A stretch of DNA of 64,000 nt. It comes from Halodesulfurarchaeum sp. GTDB taxonomy: Archaea > Halobacteriota > Halobacteria > Halobacteriales > Halobacteriaceae. The notes beneath the pieces are model-generated. The model was not told the DNA's origin, made no database searches, and was given only the letters and a program-made list of their open reading frames with translations. The position numbers were made by a program, and so were the translations under genes. The stretch spans positions 1,568,001 through 1,632,000 of the forward strand of contig JAXHNL010000002.1 in assembly GCA_034520565.1 (NCBI GenBank), read 5' to 3'. Positions 59,025 to 64,000 of the stretch are shown in pieces (the stretch's first letter is position 1; each line of letters starts with the position of its first letter).

Positions 59025-60200
59025 CTACTCCGTACTCGAGCCATCGTCGACGACCCGGAACCCACCGGTTTCGGCCCGACCAGTGAGTTCCCGCTGTGGG
59101 AACGGGATCTTGATGTCTTCCTCCACGAAGGCCGCAGATACGGCTTTGATGGATTCGCTCGTCGCCAACGCCCGGCGGCGGGCACTCGGTTTGTCGATCC
59201 AGAAACGGAGTTCCAGGACGATCGCCGAATCGTCGAAGCGACTCGTCACGACCCGCGGTCTGGGAACTGAAAGAACCCGCTCCACGTCGAGAAGTGCCGC
59301 TTCCGCGACCTCGCTTGCATGCTCGGGATCGGCCTCGTAATCGATCCCGACCTCCACGCGTAACCGAAGTCTGCCTTTCATCGTTCGGTTGATGATCGTC
59401 GAATTGCCGACCAAGTCGTTCGGGAGTGCGATGAGTTCGCCGTCGAAGTTCTCCATCCGGGTGTTCACGATAGTGATCTCGGTGACGATGCCCTCGTTTT
59501 CGCCGATCTGCACCCAGTCGCCGATTTCGAAGGGCCGAGAGAGCATCAACACGAAACCAGCGATAAGCGCACCGAGTGTCTGCTGGGCGGCGAGACCGGC
59601 CACGATACCGATGAATCCCGCCCCGACGATGAGACCGCCAAGATCGACGCCCCAGAGGGAGAGCGCGACGATCGTGGCCGCTATCAAGAAGATGATCTGG
59701 AGGACCCGCAACCAGATCTCTTCCTGGTGGGGTGATATTTTATCGGATCGTTTCGTTATCTCCGCGACCCATCCATGCAGGACACCCATCCCGGAGTAAG
59801 CACCAACGAGCAGGAGAAGTGTGACAAACGCCTTGAGGAACAACGACAGCGGAATGGAGAGGTCGCCGAGATACGTCAGCACGGGATCGATTTCGCCCCA
59901 GATTGCGAGCAAAACGAAGCTCGCGACGATGGCCAGGCCGAATTGCACGAAGCGAACGATCGCGTGACCGAACCCCCAGCCGGATTCCTTGATGCGAACC
60001 ACGTCCAGAATCGGTTCCAATCCGACCAAAGCCATCACTCGTTTCAACACCCATCGCAATAGTGCGATCAGGCGGGGAACCACGATCCAGATCGCGAAAA
60101 CCGAGAGTAACACGACTGCAACCGTGAGTTCGATTCGCATTTCGATCGAACCGGCATTCCGGAGAAGTTCGAGTACGTTCGAGCCGAAACCCAACGCCAT
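59025..60200 (-). CDS. mscS: Small-conductance mechanosensitive channel
   Basis: GLAAQQTLGALIAG, RPFEIGDWV, PN, IPFPQRE. Confidence 0.93.
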   Translation of the reverse strand: MALGFGSNVLELLRNAGSIEMRIELTVAVVLLSVFAIWIVVPRLIALLRWVLKRVMALVGLEPILDVVRIKESGWGFGHAIVRFVQFGLAIVASFVLLAIWGEIDPVLTYLGDLSIPLSLFLKAFVTLLLLVGAYSGMGVLHGWVAEITKRSDKISPHQEEIWLRVLQIIFLIAATIVALSLWGVDLGGLIVGAGFIGIVAGLAAQQTLGALIAGFVLMLSRPFEIGDWVQIGENEGIVTEITIVNTRMENFDGELIALPNDLVGNSTIINRTMKGRLRLRVEVGIDYEADPEHASEVAEAALLDVERVLSVPRPRVVTSRFDDSAIVLELRFWIDKPSARRRALATSESIKAVSAAFVEEDIKIPFPQRELTGRAETGGFRVVDDGSSTE

Positions 60201-60325
60201 TATCGGGACGTGGAGGGGGATCTACTTAGTGGTGCTGGCAAGCGGCCCGGCCTTTTCGATCTCGCCGGTTCGATTCGGTGTTCGTCGTTGGGAAAGTTCT
60301 TAATCGCGCTCTCGTTTCATTGGGT

Positions 60326-61711
60326 ATGGAGCAGGTCGACGTCGCGATCGTCGGGGGTGGCCCAGCTGGCACGGCCGCCGCGCGGGCTGCGGCCCACAAG
60401 GGTGCACACGCAGTCGTCATCGAGAAGGGAGTGCCACGGGCGGACAGAGAGTCGCTGGGACCTGACTCGACGGATGCCGCCGGCTTTCTGGACTTTTGGA
60501 GTGAGATCGCCGACGTGGACCCCACAACGTGGCCGGACGAAATCATTCATCAAAAACTCACCGGGGCCGAGTTCGTCGGACCGACGGAATCAGTCACGAT
60601 TACCGAGACCGGAATCGAATCGGCCTATCCCCACTTCGGGTTCACGTTCGACCGGGCGAAATTCGACGACTGGCACCGCGAACAGGCTGTTTCTGCCGGT
60701 GCTGAGTACCGGGTCGGAACGGGCGTCCGGTCCGTCGATCCGGACCGACACAACGGTAGCGGTCACGACCTGCATCTCGCCGACGGCTCCACGATCCAGG
60801 CCGACACGTTGATCCTCGCGGACGGCCCACAACGTCAGATCACGTTGCGCGTCCTCGACGAATTCCTTCCCGAAGATCGATCGGCCTCGGACGTTCTTTC
60901 CCCGCCAACCGCAAATCACATCGCCTACCAGGAATACAGACGCTTTCCAGACGCGGAATTCGATCCAGATCGAATCAAATTCTGGTGGGGCTGGGTGCCT
61001 GGCCACACCGCCTACCCCTGGATCTTCCCCAATAGTGACAACGTGGCCCGTGTCGGGCTCACGATGCCCATCGGCCTTTCTTTCGAAGACGTCTCGAATC
61101 CGGCGGCCTACGAGTTAATCAGGGCCACTGACGAGACGATGCCCTCCCCGCGGACGTTCCTCGAACGGTTCATGCAGCGCCGCTTCGGGGACGAATACGA
61201 CGTGGACGCCGATTTTCCCCGATTGGAAACGTACGGCAAGGACGAGGGGACCGAAACGTATCCGATCTCGTCGACTCGCCCGATCGACTCGCCGACGTCC
61301 CACGGTATCGCCGTCGTTGGCGGCGCGATGGGTGCGACCTCGGCGTTTCACGAGGGTGGAGATCACGTCGCACTCCGGACTGGAAAACTCGCCGGGAAAC
61401 TGGCCGCAACTGGCCGTCTCGAGGCGTACAATGACGCCTGGAAAGCCGGAATCGGTCAAGAGGTGCGCCGAAACGTCACGCTCGCGGACATGGTGCGGGA
61501 CTATGGCCCCGCGGACTGGGACCGCGTGTTCCGAATCGGGCAACGAATGCTCCCGAATCAAAACGGGGCCGTTCCGGGACTCCGCTCGGCACTTGCTGCA
61601 GGCATACCGGCTGCCAAGCTCTATCTCGCCTATCGATACGGGAAGTACAAACTCCGGTCGAACAGGTTCGTGAGTCTTCCCGAGTCGGCGTACCTGGCCT
61701 CAGAGCAGTAA
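60326..61711 (+). CDS. FAD-dependent oxidoreductase, geranylgeranyl reductase-like
   Basis: IVGGGPAG, FDRAKFD, LADG, YPWIFP. Confidence 0.85.
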   Translation: MEQVDVAIVGGGPAGTAAARAAAHKGAHAVVIEKGVPRADRESLGPDSTDAAGFLDFWSEIADVDPTTWPDEIIHQKLTGAEFVGPTESVTITETGIESAYPHFGFTFDRAKFDDWHREQAVSAGAEYRVGTGVRSVDPDRHNGSGHDLHLADGSTIQADTLILADGPQRQITLRVLDEFLPEDRSASDVLSPPTANHIAYQEYRRFPDAEFDPDRIKFWWGWVPGHTAYPWIFPNSDNVARVGLTMPIGLSFEDVSNPAAYELIRATDETMPSPRTFLERFMQRRFGDEYDVDADFPRLETYGKDEGTETYPISSTRPIDSPTSHGIAVVGGAMGATSAFHEGGDHVALRTGKLAGKLAATGRLEAYNDAWKAGIGQEVRRNVTLADMVRDYGPADWDRVFRIGQRMLPNQNGAVPGLRSALAAGIPAAKLYLAYRYGKYKLRSNRFVSLPESAYLASEQ

Positions 61712-61823
61712 GCCAGCGACTCGTTACCCGACCCAGTTATCACTCCATGATCGGCGTCGGAACCGTTCGAAACGAACCCGAGGATCACGCCGCTTATTGG
61801 CAAGCCGTACTGGAGACAGAGCA

Positions 61824-62237
61824 ATGGAACCGGGAACCTACACGATTCTCCTCGAACTCGAGACGAACACGGCTGTTGCCTTCGGTGCCGCCGGTTCCCG
61901 GGCTCTCGAAGTCGGGTTCTACGCCTACACGGGGAGCGCGTTCGGCCACGGTGGACTCACCCGCGTCGATCGCCACGAACGGGTGTGTCGAGGCATGAAC
62001 GACTCCCGCCACTGGCACGTCGATTCCCTCCTCGGAGACCCGCACGTCTCCTGGGTGGGCGCTTGGGCCAGTCCGAACCGACGGGCCGAATGCGAAATCG
62101 CCGCATCTGTTCCGGGACGACGCGTGTCCGGAATCGGAGCGACCGACTGTTCCTGTAACAGTCATCTTACGTTTCACCCCGGACGCGGAGAACTCATCAC
62201 AGCGATAGACGCGATTCACGAGGAGCGTTATTCGTAG
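61824..62237 (+). CDS. GIY-YIG nuclease family protein (DUF123)
   Basis: GTY, YAYTGSA, RHWHVD, EC, GATDCSCNSHL. Confidence 0.85.
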   Translation: MEPGTYTILLELETNTAVAFGAAGSRALEVGFYAYTGSAFGHGGLTRVDRHERVCRGMNDSRHWHVDSLLGDPHVSWVGAWASPNRRAECEIAASVPGRRVSGIGATDCSCNSHLTFHPGRGELITAIDAIHEERYS

Positions 62238-62878
62238 GTGACCCACTTGGAGGGCGATCGGCCAAAGCCCCGCGTCCGTATCTCTCGAGGGCCGTCGTCT
62301 GGAACCCGTAACTGGATTACGCCGTCGAAGAGCTGGTTGAGCGTGTTGATGGCCTGGGAATCGTGGGAGTCCGGATCGATCGAAAACAGGCCGATCCAGC
62401 CTTTCGACTGGATCTGTCGGGTAAAGACGTGAAGGAACCGGAAGAGCCGCTCGAGATCGACGTACATGAGCACCGGCGTGAGCGAATCGAACGCCACCCG
62501 AACCTGGTCGATCCCTTTGCTCTGAGTCTCCTTTGAAAGCTGTGAAAACTCGATTCCGATGCCCGTCAGATCGCCCGGAGAGCCACAACTCCGAATGACC
62601 TCCTCGTTTTCGCCCACCGAATCCGAACCGACACTATCGATGATTCTGACGTAGGATTCGTTCTCGATGAGGTCGCGAAACGTCTCGTACACTTGCGAGC
62701 CACCGTCGTTCGCGGTGACGACGACCGACCCCTCCCCCGAATTTGCGCCGTGTTCGAGCACGTCGAACATGAGCTGTCGCTTCCCGGACATCGCCGGACC
62801 GCTCACCATGATGTTCGTTCCCGGGTCGACTGTGTCGACGAGCGGGGCCGGCACGGCGTCGCCAAGTTCGTAGCTCAT
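62228..62878 (-). CDS. KaiC/RAD55-like P-loop protein
   Basis: SGPAMSGKR, SPGDLTGIGI, FDSL, LFRFLHV, QLFDG. Confidence 0.8.
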   Translation of the reverse strand: MSYELGDAVPAPLVDTVDPGTNIMVSGPAMSGKRQLMFDVLEHGANSGEGSVVVTANDGGSQVYETFRDLIENESYVRIIDSVGSDSVGENEEVIRSCGSPGDLTGIGIEFSQLSKETQSKGIDQVRVAFDSLTPVLMYVDLERLFRFLHVFTRQIQSKGWIGLFSIDPDSHDSQAINTLNQLFDGVIQLRVPDDGPREIRTRGFGRSPSKWVTYE

Positions 62879-63067
62879 TGGTGTCGCGTCCTCATAGCCT
62901 GGTGCACTCGCTCGGTCTATATGCGAATGTTCGCTCGTGGACTATAAGTATACATGGAATCTGTCGAGCGATCGAATCGGGTGACTGAAAGAATCCGTGA
63001 AATGGTCACATGCAGCGCAGCTATCGCCTGTACAAAAACGTATGGGGGCCCAACCCGAACGGTGGGT

Positions 63068-63658
63068 ATGCACGCACTCGACGAAACCGATCTCGAAATC
63101 CTCCAACTTCTCGTGGAGGATGCCCGCCGCCCGTACCGCGAGATCGCGGAAACGGTCGACCTCTCGGCGCCGGCGGTCTCCGATCGGGTCGCCCGGCTCA
63201 AAGAACAGGGGATCGTCCGTCGATTCACCGTCGACGTGGATCGTCGCCAACTTCGAGAAGGAACGCCAGTGCTCGTCACGCTCTCGGTTGCTCCCGACGC
63301 CGTCTCCGACGTGAAAGACGCGATCGGCGACCTCGAAGCGGTCGAATATCTGTACGTAACCGTCGACGACAGCGTCGTCTTTCACGCGAACGCCCCGAAC
63401 GACGTCGGCACCTGGCTCGACAGACTACTCGTCACCGACGGCATCCGGGACATCGACGTCTCCCTGCTGAGCGAGAGCCACTGGTCGCCGACGGTCGGGG
63501 CCACGGACTTTGCAACGGTGTGTGACGAATGTGGCAACACGGTCACGAGCGAGGGCGTTACCGCCCGCATTGGGGGTGACGTCAAGCAATTCTGTTGTCC
63601 GTCCTGTGAATCCCGCTACGTGGAGCGTTACGAGGAACTCAGCGCGGGTGCAGAGTGA
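63068..63658 (+). CDS. Lrp/AsnC regulator with C-terminal TRASH metal-binding domain (CopR-like)
   Basis: DARRPYREIA HTH; CDEC...FCCPSC. Confidence 0.88.
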   Translation: MHALDETDLEILQLLVEDARRPYREIAETVDLSAPAVSDRVARLKEQGIVRRFTVDVDRRQLREGTPVLVTLSVAPDAVSDVKDAIGDLEAVEYLYVTVDDSVVFHANAPNDVGTWLDRLLVTDGIRDIDVSLLSESHWSPTVGATDFATVCDECGNTVTSEGVTARIGGDVKQFCCPSCESRYVERYEELSAGAE

Positions 63659-63708
63659 ACCGGACCCAACCCGAAACGCCCTAAGGCCCGCATCCCCAAT
63701 CCCTTTCC

Positions 63709-63969
63709 ATGCCAACCACGCTGCGCGTCCCGGACATGAGTTGTGACGGCTGTGAAGATATCGTCCAGACCGCTCTCGAAGCGGTCTCGGGCGTCGAATC
63801 GGCGACTGCAGACCAGGAAGCTGGTACGGCGGTCGTCGAAGGTGGGGCCTCGACGAGTGACCTTTTGGAAGCCGTCGACCATGCGGGCTATGCTGCCGAG
63901 GAGATTGCCGAGTCCGACACAACCGATACCGAAGCGACGACCGCAGACGACACCGAAAACGAGGAATAA
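63709..63969 (+). CDS. HMA copper chaperone (CopZ-like)
   Basis: DMSCDGC...AGY. Confidence 0.9.
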   Translation: MPTTLRVPDMSCDGCEDIVQTALEAVSGVESATADQEAGTAVVEGGASTSDLLEAVDHAGYAAEEIAESDTTDTEATTADDTENEE

Positions 63970-64000
63970 ACCGGCGATTCTTTCGGGGTTCCGCCAAACA

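Noticed and set aside
61824-62878. GIY-YIG nuclease plus P-loop protein as a possible defence module
   Set aside because: The genes are convergent, both belong to common haloarchaeal families, and there is no compositional anomaly or other defence gene.

Overview
GC-rich haloarchaeal (class Halobacteria) chromosomal segment, inferred from acidic proteins, mostly leaderless genes and archaeal markers (gatE, fen1, tfe, tfb, srp19, gar1, aTrm56). It is largely housekeeping: rpl11-rpl1-rpl10-rpl12, gatE, fumC, fen1, a thermosome subunit, an AMMECR1-Memo pair, a thiol-redox/oxidative-stress cluster (DsbA-like, thioredoxin, TrmB-like HTH, CoA-disulfide reductase, peroxiredoxin, photolyase, SOD), tRNA-Glu(CTC), a TAXI-TRAP transporter, tfe, tfb, rtcA, panE, mobB, mscS and a copR/copZ-like pair. 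Two non-routine elements stand out. (1) Downstream of tRNA-Glu is a ~290-bp array with two extra copies of the tRNA 3' end, a ~57-bp direct repeat, and hairpins built from tandem G.A pairs and short loops, which suggests a structured-ssDNA, tRNA-targeting element. (2) A solo-TnpB IS200/IS605 element with IS608-like ends sits in the last codon/stop of a host gene, and its right end supplies a replacement in-frame stop. About ten small indels break conserved genes and are probably assembly errors. All product calls come from motif recognition by eye; no database search was run.
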